Both the position numbers and the translations under genes were made by a program. A stretch of 64,000 nt of DNA from Candidatus Eiseniibacteriota bacterium (GTDB taxonomy: Bacteria; Eisenbacteria; RBG-16-71-46), in contig CAVUWA010000004.1 in the NCBI GenBank assembly GCA_963744995.1, forward strand, positions 128,001-192,000, given 5' to 3'. How positions within the stretch are numbered: the stretch's first letter is position 1; the number at the start of each line of letters is the position of its first letter. The notes under the pieces were generated by a model that had not been told where the DNA came from, ran no database searches, and was given only the letters and a program-made list of their open reading frames with translations. Shown here one piece after another: positions 9,640 to 21,100 of the stretch.

Positions 9640-9832
9640 GGTTGCCCCCGGCAGACAACCGGTGGGCGCCCTGCGGAGAACTCCCCCCAGACTCTAACGC
9701 TTCCCGTCGCACGCCGGAAACACGAAAAGCCCGGATGGTGCCTGCGCCGCGCCGTCCCGACCGGCTGCTCGCCCGGGTCACGGTGGGGAAGCGATGCGGG
9801 GGCGCGATCCGGGGAACGAGGGCGTCCCGGCC

Positions 9833-10072
9833 TCAGCCGCGCCCGGGGCCGAACCGCCTGAGGAACGCTTCGAGCAGCCGCTCGCGCCCGGGAGCGGTGC
9901 CGCGTTCGCGCGGCAGCGCCCGCAGCGCCTCGCGCGTGATCCGGAGATGCTCGAAATAACCGGCGCAGGGACGACACGCCTGGAGATGCGCATCGAAGTG
10001 CGGCCGCAGTTCCGGCAGCAGCCGGTCTTCGAGCGCCTCGCCCATCACGTCGATCGCATCCTGACAGGTCAT
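9833..10072 (-). CDS. zf-HC2 anti-sigma factor
   Basis: MTC...HLQACRPC (HxxxCxxC), overlapping the sigma factor stop. Confidence 0.85.
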   Translation of the reverse strand: MTCQDAIDVMGEALEDRLLPELRPHFDAHLQACRPCAGYFEHLRITREALRALPRERGTAPGRERLLEAFLRRFGPGRG

Positions 10073-10806
10073 GGATTCCCCCCATTCGGCGGCGACCCGG
10101 CGCGGGCCGGCGGCGCGGCCTTTCTCCGTGCGGCGTTCGCCGGCGGCGCGCCGGCTCCGCGGGCCTCAGCCCGAAGGTGTTGATCGATGGCCTGACGGAT
10201 GCGCGCCCGTCCGCGGTGGAGCAGCACCCGCAGGTTCGTCTCGCTGACGCACAGAATGTTACAGATCTCGGCGGGAGGAACGTCCTCGACGTCACGCAGG
10301 AGCACCGCCCGCCGCTGCGGCGCCGGAAGTGCATCGAGTGCCGCACGCACGACTTCGAGCGCTTCCCTCGACTGGTAAAGATCCGCCGGATCGTCGAGCC
10401 CCCACGGGATCGGCGTTTCCTTCCACAGACCGATCCGGCCGAAGCCCGGGCGCCACTCTTCGGCGGCGGCGTTGCGCCGGGGAGCCTGGGCCTCCGCGCG
10501 CCGCGCTTCCCGCCTGGTCACGGTGCGCGCCCGCCGGATCAGGATGCCGAAGATCCAGGTGCGCAGCGTCGACCGTCCCTCGAATCCGGCAAGGCCACGG
10601 ATCACCGCGAGCCAGGTCTCCTGCACGATGTCCTCGGCGAGCGACGGGGACGAGGTGAAGGTTCTCGCCAGACCGATGAGCGGTGCGTGCAGATCGTCCA
10701 CCATCTCGGTGAAGGCGGCCCCGTCGCCTGCGCGCAGGCGACGCAAGAGCGCCTGCTCGGACGCCTGGTTCGACGCTGGCAAACGATTCTCCCGACGTCC
10801 ACGCAT
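10069..10806 (-). CDS. ECF sigma-70 family RNA polymerase sigma factor
   Basis: AEDIVQETWL, FEGRSTLRTW, LPAPQRRAVLLRDV, NLRVLLHRGRARIR. Confidence 0.9.
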   Translation of the reverse strand: MRGRRENRLPASNQASEQALLRRLRAGDGAAFTEMVDDLHAPLIGLARTFTSSPSLAEDIVQETWLAVIRGLAGFEGRSTLRTWIFGILIRRARTVTRREARRAEAQAPRRNAAAEEWRPGFGRIGLWKETPIPWGLDDPADLYQSREALEVVRAALDALPAPQRRAVLLRDVEDVPPAEICNILCVSETNLRVLLHRGRARIRQAIDQHLRAEARGAGAPPANAARRKAAPPARAGSPPNGGNP

Positions 10807-10936
10807 GGCCCCGTCACTCTATCAGAGGCGCCGCCGCGCAGGTGGATCGAACCCGTTTTTCTGTAACGAAACGATGCCGGCCGGGACTCATCCTGTGACA
10901 CCGGCCGTGCAGGAACGCCATCGACGAGGGACGACC

Positions 10937-11800
10937 ATGACCTACGCCCGGACCGTGACCCCGAGCCCGCCCGCCGCTCTCCGCCGTCACCCGCATCCAC
11001 GGCGCCGATACGCGTGGTGCGGGATCGTGTCCGTCGCGCTGGTGATCGCGCTCGGACCTCCCGTTCGCGCCGGGGGCGCGGCGGCGGGCGGGCACGGCAG
11101 CCACTCCATGTCCGCGACGGCCATGCAGGCCGAGGCTGCCGCCTACTGGGCCGCGCATCCGCGCACCGGTGCCGCGCCCGGGGCCGCGCTGGGCGCACCG
11201 GCCGCCACGTTCACCGTCGCCAACTTCGAGTTCGACGACGGCACGGCGGGTCAGGTGGACACGGTGTTCATCACGGTCGGCGAAAGCGTGATGTGGCAGT
11301 GGGTCTCGGGCACCCACACGATCACGAGCGGTACCGGCAGTTCGGATCCGAATCAGGGCGTGCTGTTCAATCAGCCGAGCGATCTCAACAACCAGCAGTT
11401 CTCGTTCACCTTCAACTCCGCGGGAACGTTCCCGTTCTTCTGCGCCTTCCATGAGCTCGCCAACATGCGGGGCGTCGTCGAAGTCTCAGAGTCCGTCGGC
11501 ATCGGGCCATCGACGCCGGGTGCGGCGCTGGGCTTCGTGCGGGATCCGGCGCCGAATCCGACGCGCCTGGGATCGAGCTTCCGCTTCGCGCTGCGCCGGG
11601 CGGGGCGCGTCCGCGCCGAGGTGTTCGACGCGGGCGGGAGGCGCGTCGCGACTCTGGTGGACGCCGACCTCCCCGCCGGCACCTTCAGCGGCGTGTGGAA
11701 CGGACGCACGACGTCGGGCCCCGCTGCGACCGGGGTCTACTACGTTCGCCTGCAGCTTCCGGGCTACGACGCCGCGCGCCCGGTCGTGGTGCAGCGGTGA
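10937..11800 (+). CDS. Secreted cupredoxin (plastocyanin-like) with FlgD-Ig/T9SS-like C-terminal domain
   Basis: Type-1 Cu ligands HTIT...FFCAFHELANM; tail PNP...FDAGGRRVATL...WNG...GVYYVRL. Confidence 0.8.
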   Translation: MTYARTVTPSPPAALRRHPHPRRRYAWCGIVSVALVIALGPPVRAGGAAAGGHGSHSMSATAMQAEAAAYWAAHPRTGAAPGAALGAPAATFTVANFEFDDGTAGQVDTVFITVGESVMWQWVSGTHTITSGTGSSDPNQGVLFNQPSDLNNQQFSFTFNSAGTFPFFCAFHELANMRGVVEVSESVGIGPSTPGAALGFVRDPAPNPTRLGSSFRFALRRAGRVRAEVFDAGGRRVATLVDADLPAGTFSGVWNGRTTSGPAATGVYYVRLQLPGYDAARPVVVQR

Positions 11801-12078
11801 AGGGCGGCCCGGGCGGTCCGGCGCCGGGCCACCGCCCGCTCCGAACCGGCCGCCGCGTCGAAGGGGACCCCTGATCGGCCGATCCCCTCGACGCGTTCCG
11901 CCGTGACCCCGTGCGGCCGCGTGCGGAGCGGGACACGCTGTCGGTCTGCGGGCGGGTCGAATGGCGCGCAGGCCACGTCACGCGCGAGGGCACCGCGTCC
12001 GGGGGGGACGCGGGACCTCGCCGTGTGAAGCACTCTGCACGCGTTGCCGCGCGGGCGACCGGTTGCGGGGGAGGGCCG

Positions 12079-12534
12079 CTACCGCGCCTCTTCGCGCCTG
12101 ACCACCAGCACGTCGCACGGCGCGTGCGCGGCGACCTGCGACGCGACGCTGCCGCGCAGCAGCCGATTGATGCCGTTGCGTCCGTGGCAGCCGACCACGA
12201 TCAGGTCGGCGTTCTGCCTCCGCGCCTCTTCGACGAGCACGTGGGCCACGTCGCCGGTGTGCACGCGGGTGGAGGTCTCGAAGCCGGCTTCCTCGAGCAT
12301 CTGCCGCATGCGCGTGGCCAGTTCCTCGTGCGTCTTCACGTGATCTTCCTCGATGAGGCCGATCGCGCCGCCGGCCGAGGCCACGACGTGGGGCTCGGGC
12401 GCATACAGGTGTTCCGCGGGGGCGACGGCGGAAACGAGCACGACGTGCGTCCCTCTGGGCCACGACATCCGCAGCAAGGTCGCCAGCGTACCGCGGCAAT
12501 GCGCGGAGGCGTCGACGCCGACCAGGATCTTCAT
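12079..12534 (-). CDS. Universal stress protein
   Basis: MKILVGVDAS...ADLIVVGCHGRNG..LLRGSVASQVAAHAPCDVLVV. Confidence 0.92.
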   Translation of the reverse strand: MKILVGVDASAHCRGTLATLLRMSWPRGTHVVLVSAVAPAEHLYAPEPHVVASAGGAIGLIEEDHVKTHEELATRMRQMLEEAGFETSTRVHTGDVAHVLVEEARRQNADLIVVGCHGRNGINRLLRGSVASQVAAHAPCDVLVVRREEAR

Positions 12535-12892
12535 CGTTCGCTCCACTGTTCCCGACTCGGATCGAGGGTGGGAGGGCCCGTCGGCTGACCCTCCTCCTGT
12601 CGCACCCGCCCTGCGGGCACGTTCGGTGTGCAGCCTGATCAAACAAGGTGCATTCGACGTGCCGGGCGCCGCACGGCCGGGCCGGTACCGGGCAACGCGT
12701 GGCCGGGCGGGCGGATAGGCGGCCGTGGCGGATCGCCTGCCAGCGAGCGGGTCGAGCGGCAGCCCGTCAGGCTGGCAGGTGTGCGGGCCGTCGCGTCAGG
12801 GCCCGGGAGGCCGGGCGGCGGTCCGACCCGGCGACGCGTGGCCTCCCGCAACCCGCCTGCGGCCGGTGACCGATGTGCGCTAGTGTGCGCCG

Positions 12893-13813
12893 ATGCCCGG
12901 CTCTCCCGTCGTTCAGGTGACGAACCTCCGCAAGGCGTACCGCTCGACGGTGGCCGTCGCGGACGTCTCGTTCGAAGTCCGCGAAGGAGAGATCTTCGGT
13001 CTCATCGGCCCGAACGGCGCAGGCAAGACGACGACGATGGAGTGCATCGAGGGCATCCGCGCGGCCGACGGCGGAAAGGCCACGGTGCTCGGTCTCGACC
13101 CGCACCGCGATGCCCGCGCGCTGCAGAACCGGATCGGCGTCCAGCTCCAGGAAGCCCAGCTGCAGAAGCGCATTCAGGTGTGGGAGGCGGTGGATCTGTG
13201 GTCCTCGCTCTATCCGCATACGGTGGACGCGGGCGCCCTGCTCGAGCAGCTCGGCCTGACCGACAAGCGCCACGCCCGGTTCATGACGCTGTCGGGCGGT
13301 CAGAAGCAGCGCCTGTTCATCGCGCTCGCCCTGATCCACGATCCGGAGCTGGTGTTCCTCGACGAGCTCACCACCGGGCTCGACCCGCAGGCGCGGCACG
13401 CGATCTGGGGGCTCGTCCGCGGAATCCGCGAGCGCGGCAAGACGGTGTTCCTCACCACCCATCTGATGGAGGAGGCCGAGCGGCTCTGCGATCGCGTGGC
13501 GATCATCGAGCATGGCCGGCTGATCGAAATGGGCGCGCCGGCGGATCTCGTGCGCCGCCATTGCCCGGAACGCGCGGTGGTGTTCGCGAGCGACGGCAAC
13601 GGGCTCGGCGAAGCGCTCCGGGCCATCCCGGACGTCGGCGCCGTCGAGGCCGGCGGCGACGCCTGGACCGTGCGCGGCACCGGCGACGACTTCGTCACCG
13701 AGGTGATCCACCTGATCGCGGCCCGCAACCTGCGGGTCCGCGACTTTCGCACCGTGTTCCCGACGCTCGAGGACGTGTTCCTCAAGCTGACCGGGCACGG
13801 GATCCGGGACTGA
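12893..13813 (+). CDS. ABC transporter ATP-binding protein (ABC-2/drug exporter type)
   Basis: GPNGAGKTT, LSGGQKQR, FLDELTTGLD, TTH. Confidence 0.95.
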   Translation: MPGSPVVQVTNLRKAYRSTVAVADVSFEVREGEIFGLIGPNGAGKTTTMECIEGIRAADGGKATVLGLDPHRDARALQNRIGVQLQEAQLQKRIQVWEAVDLWSSLYPHTVDAGALLEQLGLTDKRHARFMTLSGGQKQRLFIALALIHDPELVFLDELTTGLDPQARHAIWGLVRGIRERGKTVFLTTHLMEEAERLCDRVAIIEHGRLIEMGAPADLVRRHCPERAVVFASDGNGLGEALRAIPDVGAVEAGGDAWTVRGTGDDFVTEVIHLIAARNLRVRDFRTVFPTLEDVFLKLTGHGIRD

Positions 13814-13818
13814 ACGCC

Positions 13819-14565
13819 ATGCTGCGCGGATTCCTGAAGCTCACCTGGCTCGAGACCCGGATCTTCATCCGCGAGCCGCTCGGGCTGATCAGCAGCGTCC
13901 TCATTCCGGTGATCCTGTTCCTCGCGCTGGGCCGCTCCGTCGGCTCGCACGCGGAGACGTCCGCGGACGTCGCCCTGTTTCTCGGGCAGCAGCTGCCGAT
14001 CTTCGCTTCGGTGTTCATCGCGCTGAGCGCGGCGCTGTCCCTGGTGGCGGTGATCTCGATCTATCGTGAGGGAGGAATCCTCAAGCGGCTGCGCGCGACG
14101 CCGCTGTCGCCGGCCACGATCCTCGCCGCACACGTCACCGTGAAACTGATGTTCACGCTGCTGACGCTCGGGATCATGCTGCTGCTCGGGCGTCGCCTCT
14201 ACCCGGTCGCGCTGCACGTCGACCTGCCGGCGTTCGCACTGGCGCTGGTGGTGAGCACGCTGAGCATCATTTCAATCGGGTTCGTGATCGCGAGCGCCGT
14301 GCCCACCGCCCGCTTCGCGCAGCCGATCGGCAGTGTGATCCTGTATCCGATGCTGGCGCTCTCGGGGATCTTCGCGCCGGTCGACGCGCTGCCGCCGGGG
14401 TGGGCGGCGCTGGCACGCGTGCTGCCGGTGACGCACGCGGTGCGGCTGCTGCGCGCGGCATGGGAGGGCCGGAGCTGGGTCGACCAGCTGCCGAGTCTCG
14501 GCGTCCTGGCGCTCACCATCGTGGTCTGCACGGCGATCTCGTCCAGGATCTTCCGCTGGGAGTAG
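13819..14565 (+). CDS. ABC-2 type permease
   Basis: About six TM helices, REGGILKRLRATP, ends IFRWE; directly after the ATPase. Confidence 0.9.
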   Translation: MLRGFLKLTWLETRIFIREPLGLISSVLIPVILFLALGRSVGSHAETSADVALFLGQQLPIFASVFIALSAALSLVAVISIYREGGILKRLRATPLSPATILAAHVTVKLMFTLLTLGIMLLLGRRLYPVALHVDLPAFALALVVSTLSIISIGFVIASAVPTARFAQPIGSVILYPMLALSGIFAPVDALPPGWAALARVLPVTHAVRLLRAAWEGRSWVDQLPSLGVLALTIVVCTAISSRIFRWE

Positions 14566-14658
14566 GGGGTAAGCGGCGAGACCCGCAGGGTAGACCAGAG
14601 TCGCAGTGTCGCGGTCTGCCCTTCGCGCGGGCCGCGCGGTATCGTAGGGGGACCCGCC

Positions 14659-16233
14659 ATGCTCATCGATGCCCGCGAATTGGATCCGATCGGAACGATC
14701 CGGACGGACGTCTGTATCGTCGGGGCCGGCGCGGCGGGGCTTTCGCTCGCGTGCGAGCTGGCGTCGCACGGCACCGACGTCTGCGTGATCGAGAGTGGCG
14801 GCAGCGTGCCCAGTTTCGCGAACCAGACGCTCGCGCGGGGGGGGATCAGCGGGCTGCCCTACTATCCGCTCGACGCCAATCGGCAGCGGGCGCTCGGCGG
14901 GACGCTGCGGCTCTGGGCGGGATGGTGCCGCCCGCTGGACGGGCTCGATTTCGCGGAGCGCGAATGGGTCCCATACAGCGGCTGGCCGATCGCGCGCGAG
15001 ACGATGATGCCTTTCTACGCGCGCGCGCACGGGCGTCTCGGGCTCGGTCCGCCGGAATACGAGCTGGAACACTGGGAGCGCACGATCCGCGCGTCGCGCA
15101 TCCGTCTCGATCCGCAGGAGGTCGTGTCGCGGATGTATCACCTGGCGCAGCCGAGGGCGCTGGCCCGATCGAGCGCGGCGGAGCTCGAGCGCTCGGAGCG
15201 CTCGCGGGTGTTGCTCCACACGAATCTGATCGAGCTCGAAACCGACCCCTCCGGGAACGGCGTCGCCGGCCTGCGCATCGGCCGCCTCGACGGCACCGGC
15301 GGACGCATCGTGGCCCGGCGCTACGTGCTCGCGATGGGCGCGATCGAGAACGCGCGGCTCCTGCTCGCCTCGCGCCGCGCGACGAGCGCCGGCGTCGGCA
15401 ACGCGCACGATCAGGTCGGGCGCTATTTCATGGAGCACATCCATTTCCCGTCCGGAAGGATCCGCCTTCACGATCGCCATGCGGTCGCGCCGGCCCTGTA
15501 CTTCCGCACCGGGCGCGACGTGATCGCGCGGCTGTTCCTTCCCGAGGAGGTCCAGGCGCGCGAGCGGATCCTCAACTCCAACACGATGCTCGAGCCCGTG
15601 CACCCGGATCTGCTGCGGAGAGGGTTCGCGGTCGCGCACCATCTGATGCTCTCCGCCGATCGCGTTCTCACCCGCGTCCGGCATCTCGGGCATCTCGCAC
15701 GCCGCTACGCCGGTCCGGCCGCCGCGCGCTCGTACCGGCGCGGCCTGCCCGGTGCGGATCATCCGGCGCACGAGCTGCGCATGCACCACACGCTCGAACA
15801 GGCGCCGAATCCGGACAGCCGCGTCACGCTCGACGGCGAAACCGACGCCCTCGGGGTGCCGCGCGTGAAGCTCGAGTGGCGCACCACCGACACCGACCGC
15901 CGCACCATGATCCGCGGCCGGGACCTGATCGGGCAGGCGTTCGAGCGCGCCGGCCTCGGCACCTTCGAGCGCTGCCCGGGCGACGACGACAGCGTGTGGC
16001 CGCCTCCGCCGCTGCAGGGGCTGCGCGGGCACCATATGGGCACGACCCGCATGCACCCGGATCCGCGACGCGGCGTGGTGGACGCGGACTGCCGCGTCCA
16101 CGGCCTTCGCAATCTCTACCTGGCCGGGAGCTCCGTATTCCCGACCTCGGGGTCGGGAACGCCCACGATCACGATCGTCGCGCTGGCGTTGCGGCTCGCC
16201 GATCATCTGCACGCCGGCGCCGGGCTGGACTGA
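14659..16233 (+). CDS. GMC family oxidoreductase
   Basis: IVGAGAAG, LGG, GAIENARLLL, VGRYFMEH, HHMGTTRM, GVVDADCRVHG, GSSVFPT. Confidence 0.92.
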   Translation: MLIDARELDPIGTIRTDVCIVGAGAAGLSLACELASHGTDVCVIESGGSVPSFANQTLARGGISGLPYYPLDANRQRALGGTLRLWAGWCRPLDGLDFAEREWVPYSGWPIARETMMPFYARAHGRLGLGPPEYELEHWERTIRASRIRLDPQEVVSRMYHLAQPRALARSSAAELERSERSRVLLHTNLIELETDPSGNGVAGLRIGRLDGTGGRIVARRYVLAMGAIENARLLLASRRATSAGVGNAHDQVGRYFMEHIHFPSGRIRLHDRHAVAPALYFRTGRDVIARLFLPEEVQARERILNSNTMLEPVHPDLLRRGFAVAHHLMLSADRVLTRVRHLGHLARRYAGPAAARSYRRGLPGADHPAHELRMHHTLEQAPNPDSRVTLDGETDALGVPRVKLEWRTTDTDRRTMIRGRDLIGQAFERAGLGTFERCPGDDDSVWPPPPLQGLRGHHMGTTRMHPDPRRGVVDADCRVHGLRNLYLAGSSVFPTSGSGTPTITIVALALRLADHLHAGAGLD

Positions 16234-16237
16234 GCGG

Positions 16238-18046
16238 CTACGTCGGAAACGACCAGCGCGGATCGGCCTGCTCCCGGCGCAGCCACAGACCGAGCGTGAT
16301 CAGCAGCTTCACGCCGGCGGAGCCGGTGGGCGCCTGTGCGTCCGGCCACGTCGCGCCGGCCGGCGGCACCAGCGCGTCGAAGGTGGCGCGATCGAACAGC
16401 TCGTACGCCAGCTCGCGGGCCGGCTCCGCGGCGGCGCGGATCATGCGCCAGTCGGCGCCGTTGAAGTTGAAGCTGCGGTAGTAGTAGCGCCGCTCGCCGC
16501 GCCGGATGCCGAATCTGCCGGCGGCGCGGGACGCGTACTTCCGCGCGGCGCTCGTGATCAGATCGCGGACGCGCGGCTCCAGCGGCGTCGTCACGTAGGA
16601 CTTGCGATCGAGCGGCAGCGCGGCGAGCTCCGGGTAGTGGCGCCGCAGCACCTCGTGCTCGAGCCGCCGCCCCGCGAGCATCGGCATCGGCAGACCGCCG
16701 ACCGTTTCGAGCACGCCACGGTCGAGGCAGGGTGAAGCGGGCCACGCGCCCTGCGCCAGCCGCGCGAACGCCTGGCCCACGTGAAAGCGCTCGCGGTGCC
16801 GCATGTCGAAGCGATAGGTGCGGGCGAGGTCGGTGTCGGCCGCGCCCTCGTACGCGCGGCGCACGCGCGCCACGACCTCCTCGAGCGCTCCACCGAACAC
16901 CTCCGGCCGCAGCAGGCGGCCGAGCAGCGCCACCGGGATGCTCCAGCCGTTCAGCCGCTCGAAGAAGCGCTCGAAGCCGAGGCGCCGCGTCTCGGGGTCG
17001 TAGCAGAGACTCAGGTGGCTGCCGGCGAACACTTCGTCCATGACGTGGCCGCTCACCACACGCGGATGGATCGCCGCGAGCGCGGCGGCCAGCGCATCGC
17101 TGCCGCCGGTGTCGGGGCTCGCGGGGAGCCCGTGCCACTCGAGCGAGCGCTCGAGCCCCGCGGCGTCCGCCCGATGCGGAACGAGGCGCTGGCGAAAGCC
17201 CAGTCGCCGTGCGATCCCGCGTGCGCAGAGGTGATCGAAGTCGGCGGGCTCGCCGCGGGTGAGCGCCGTCAGCGGCACCGCCTGCCGCGCGAGCGCACCG
17301 GCCAGCAGGCGCGCGTCGAGGCCGCCCGAGAGCAGCAGCGTGTGCGTGTGGATGGCCGGGACCTGCCGCCGGCACCCGTCCTGCAGCGCCTCGTGCAGGA
17401 CGTGCGAGCACTCTTCGAACGGCAGCCCGTGGAACGTGCGGCTGACGGGCACGGCAAAGTGCTCGATCTCCACGGGCGTGCCGGTGGCGGGCGCGCGCAG
17501 GACGTGGCCCTGCTCGAGTCGGCGCACGCCGCGCTGCAGCGTTGCGCCCGCCACGAGCCCGTTGGTGACGAGCACGCCGGCGAGCCCCAGCGGATCGAGC
17601 GCCGGCACGAACGCGGGATGGACGCGCAGCAGCCCCGGGTGGGTCGCGACCAGCAGCGCCGCACCGGCCGTCGCGTGGTAGACGGGAAACAGCCCCAGCA
17701 CGTCCACCGCGAGCATCAGCGCGCCGTCGGGCTCGATCAGCGCGGCGAGGTGGTAGCCGTCGCAGGGCGGCGGCGTCCCCGCGCCGGCGGCCTCGCGATA
17801 CGCGGCGGCCGCGAGCGGGCTGCCGTCGCGCGAACGCACGTCGCCGAGCAGAAAGGCGAGACGTCCGTCCGCATCGTCCCGCTCGAGCGGCGTCCCGGCG
17901 GGTGCGCCCCACACGATCGCGACCGGCCCGTATTCGGTTGAGCCGGCCTCGAGCGTGGGGATGGCGGCGATGCGGGCTTCGGCGTCACGGGCCGCGCGCC
18001 GGCGGCGTTCGACGTTCGAATCGCGGATGAACAGGATCGCGGTCAC
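16238..18046 (-). CDS. Asparagine synthetase-like protein (degenerate GATase domain + PP-loop)
   Basis: DVLGLFPVY, LLLSGGLDARL, PCLDRGV; lacks the N-terminal catalytic Cys. Confidence 0.7.
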   Translation of the reverse strand: MTAILFIRDSNVERRRRAARDAEARIAAIPTLEAGSTEYGPVAIVWGAPAGTPLERDDADGRLAFLLGDVRSRDGSPLAAAAYREAAGAGTPPPCDGYHLAALIEPDGALMLAVDVLGLFPVYHATAGAALLVATHPGLLRVHPAFVPALDPLGLAGVLVTNGLVAGATLQRGVRRLEQGHVLRAPATGTPVEIEHFAVPVSRTFHGLPFEECSHVLHEALQDGCRRQVPAIHTHTLLLSGGLDARLLAGALARQAVPLTALTRGEPADFDHLCARGIARRLGFRQRLVPHRADAAGLERSLEWHGLPASPDTGGSDALAAALAAIHPRVVSGHVMDEVFAGSHLSLCYDPETRRLGFERFFERLNGWSIPVALLGRLLRPEVFGGALEEVVARVRRAYEGAADTDLARTYRFDMRHRERFHVGQAFARLAQGAWPASPCLDRGVLETVGGLPMPMLAGRRLEHEVLRRHYPELAALPLDRKSYVTTPLEPRVRDLITSAARKYASRAAGRFGIRRGERRYYYRSFNFNGADWRMIRAAAEPARELAYELFDRATFDALVPPAGATWPDAQAPTGSAGVKLLITLGLWLRREQADPRWSFPT

Positions 18047-18113
18047 GGCGCGGACACTACGTCCGGCCGCGCGCGAGCGCCAGACGGTGCGAGGGGCGGC
18101 CGCAGCGCGCCGC

Positions 18114-21100
18114 TCAGCCGAGCAGGTAGTCGAGGTCGCCGGTGGTCAGCGCGCGCGCGAAGCCGTCCTCGCCGAGCACGTCGGAGGCGAGGGCTTCTTT
18201 GCGCTGCTGCAGTTCCCAGATCTTCTCTTCGATCGTCCCCGCGGCGAGCAGGCGGCAGGCGATCACGGTGCGCGTCTGGCCGATGCGGTGGGTGCGATCG
18301 ATCGCCTGCGCCTCGACCGCCGGGTTCCACCACGGATCGAACAGCACGACGTACTGCGCCGAGGTGAGGTTGAGTCCCGTGCCGCCCGCCTTGAGCGAGA
18401 TCAGGAATACGCACGGCTCCGGGTCCTTCTCGAACGCGTCCACGACCCGCTCGCGCCGCGTCGTGGCCCCGGTCAGGACGTGATGACGCATGCCGCGGCG
18501 TTTCATGCCGGCGGCGAGCAGCTTCAGGCACTCCACGAACTGCGAGAACACGAGCACCTTGCGGCCCTCGGCCAGCAGCGGCTCGAGGATCTCGAACAGC
18601 GCGTCGAACTTGCCCGAACCGAGCTCCTCGCGCCCGCCGGCGAGCGCCGGATGGCAGCAGATCTGGCGCAGGCGGGTGAGCGTCGCCAGCACTTCGATCT
18701 TGTGGCGCATCACGCCGTCGGCCGAGGCCGCGAGGCGCTTCACCAGCTCGCGGCCGCGCAGCAGCTCGGCGAGGTACAGGCGCCGCTGCCCGGCGGTCAG
18801 CTCGCACTCGCGATGCTCCTCGATGCGGTCCGGCAGGTCGGGCGCGACCTCCTCCTTGAGCCTGCGCACCATCACCGGCCGCAGCCGCGCCGCGAGCAGC
18901 CGCCGCGCGTGCGCGGGCGAATCGGGGCGGTCGTAGCGGGTGATGAACGCCTGGCGCGGGCCGAGGTAGCCGGGATTCACGAACTGCATGATGCTCCACA
19001 GGTCGAGCGCGCGGTTCTCGATCGGCGTGCCGGTGAGCGCCAGGCGGTGCGGCGCGTTCAGCTCGCGCACGGCGCGGCTCATGGCGGTGCTCGGATTCTT
19101 GATGAACTGCGCCTCGTCCAGGATCGCGGCACGCAGCGAAATCGATCTCCAGTGCTCGAGGTCGCGCCGGAGCAGCGCGTAGTTGGTGACCACGAGGTCG
19201 TATTGCGGGATCTCGCGGCGCAGCGCGTGGCGTTCCTCACCGCTCATGAGCGTCAGCACCCTGAGGTGCGGAGTGAAGCGCTCCGACTCGCGCTGCCAGT
19301 TGTGCACGACCGACGCCGGACACACGACCAGCACCGGCCCGCCGTCCGGGTCGCGCTCGCGCAGCCACTCGATCCACGCCAGGGCCTGCACCGTCTTGCC
19401 GAGTCCCATGTCGTCGGCGAGCACCGCGCCCAGGCCGAGGTCGGTGACGAACGCGAGGAAATCGAGACCGTCGCGCTGGTAGGGGCGCAGCACCGCCTCG
19501 AGCTGCGCCGGCACGGGGATCCGCGGCACCCCCTTGAAATCGCGCACCTTCGCACGCAGCCGCTCGACTTCGCGCAGGGTTTGCGGATCACCGCCCAGGT
19601 CTTCGAGCGCGGCGAGGCTTTCCGGCCGCGCCAGCGCGAGCTGGGCGAGCGTCAGGCGCTGTTCGCCGGCGCCGGTTTCGAGGCCGAGGTCGGCCAGCTT
19701 TGCCGCCCCTTCGTCGTAAGCGTGGACCCAGTCGCGCGAGACCCATCCGGACTTGAGCTTCACGAACCGCCGCTGGCTCGCGCGCAGCTTCGCCAGATCG
19801 GCCTCGGTCAGCGCCATGCCCTCGGCCTGCCACGCGGCGGAGACCGTGAACCAGTCCGCACCGCTCGACGTGACCGTAACGCGCGGCCGCACCGCCTGCG
19901 GCTCGGCGAACAGTGCACGCATGCGGTCGTTGCCGAGGAACGTCACGTCACGCGGACGCTCCGCCCAGGCTTCCGCCAGCGTGTCGAGCGTGCGCGAGGT
20001 CAGGCGGAGCCACGCGCCGCGGGCGTCGGGCTCGGGCTCGGCGGATGCGGCGGCGCCCACGCGCCGCGAACGGCGCCTGAGCGGCAATGCCCGCAGCCAC
20101 TCGCGCGCCGACTCGACCAGCGCCGGGTCCGGCACCTCGACCCACACCGGGGCCTCGCCGCCGCCGCCGCCGCCCTCGTCCGGGGGAGCGGCGTTCCCGC
20201 CGGGGGCGGCAGGCGGGGGAGCGGTCGCCGCCGCGCTGGCCGCCGCGCCCTGGTCCGCACCCTCGCCCGCCGGACCCTCGAGCACGTTGCGAACGGTCTC
20301 CGACTCGTCGTCGAGGTCGTGCCCCTCGAGCCGGAACCACTCGCCCTCGGCGCCGAGCTCGAACACGACACGGCCGTCCGCGCCCGCGCCCGGGTGCCAG
20401 CCGCGTTCGCCCGTATGCGCGAAGAGGCGCACGTGCAGCCAGTCGTCGGCGCCCAGGTCGAGAGCGACCACGGGATGCGCGGGATGCACCCGCATGTGCG
20501 GCGCGAGCGCGTCGGCGACGCTGGTGAAGGTCGATGCGAGGAGTCCGAGGAAGTGCTCGCGTCCGGTTTCCGGAACCGGCAGGCGGCCGCCCCAGGCGAG
20601 CCGGCGGATCACGTGCGCGGGCGGTTCTTCGCCGACGCACCAGAACGTCCCGTCCACCAGCACCAGGCTCGGGTGCAGATCGTCGTCGGAGGGCACGTAG
20701 ACGATTTCATCCAGGCGGCGCAGCGCCCCGTCGGGCCAGCGCGCGGCGAGCATGATGCTCAGGTCCATGCGCCCGCCCGAGGAGACCGGCACGATGTCGA
20801 GCACCGCGTCGCCGAGCTTGACGCGCGAACCCGGCGTGACGCCGGCGTGAGGATCTCCTGTCCGTTCGGTGGCCCATGTCACGAGCGGCGAGTTCGAGTA
20901 GCTGTCGAGCAGGCGGACGACCTGGCTCGCCCGCAGCAGAAAGCGGGTGCCCCCGGGCAGGCGTTCGGCGTGCTGGACCGTGGTGCCGAGAAGACGCAGC
21001 AGTCGAACATGAGGCGGCGACAACAGTTGGGGGTCACGCTTCAATTCGGACGTGAGGTGGAGCAGCTGCTGCGCGGTGCGCGGCGCGTCGTCCAGTTTGG

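Noticed and set aside
16238..18046. Lasso peptide cyclase cluster
   Set aside because: No precursor peptide, B1/RRE or B2 peptidase nearby
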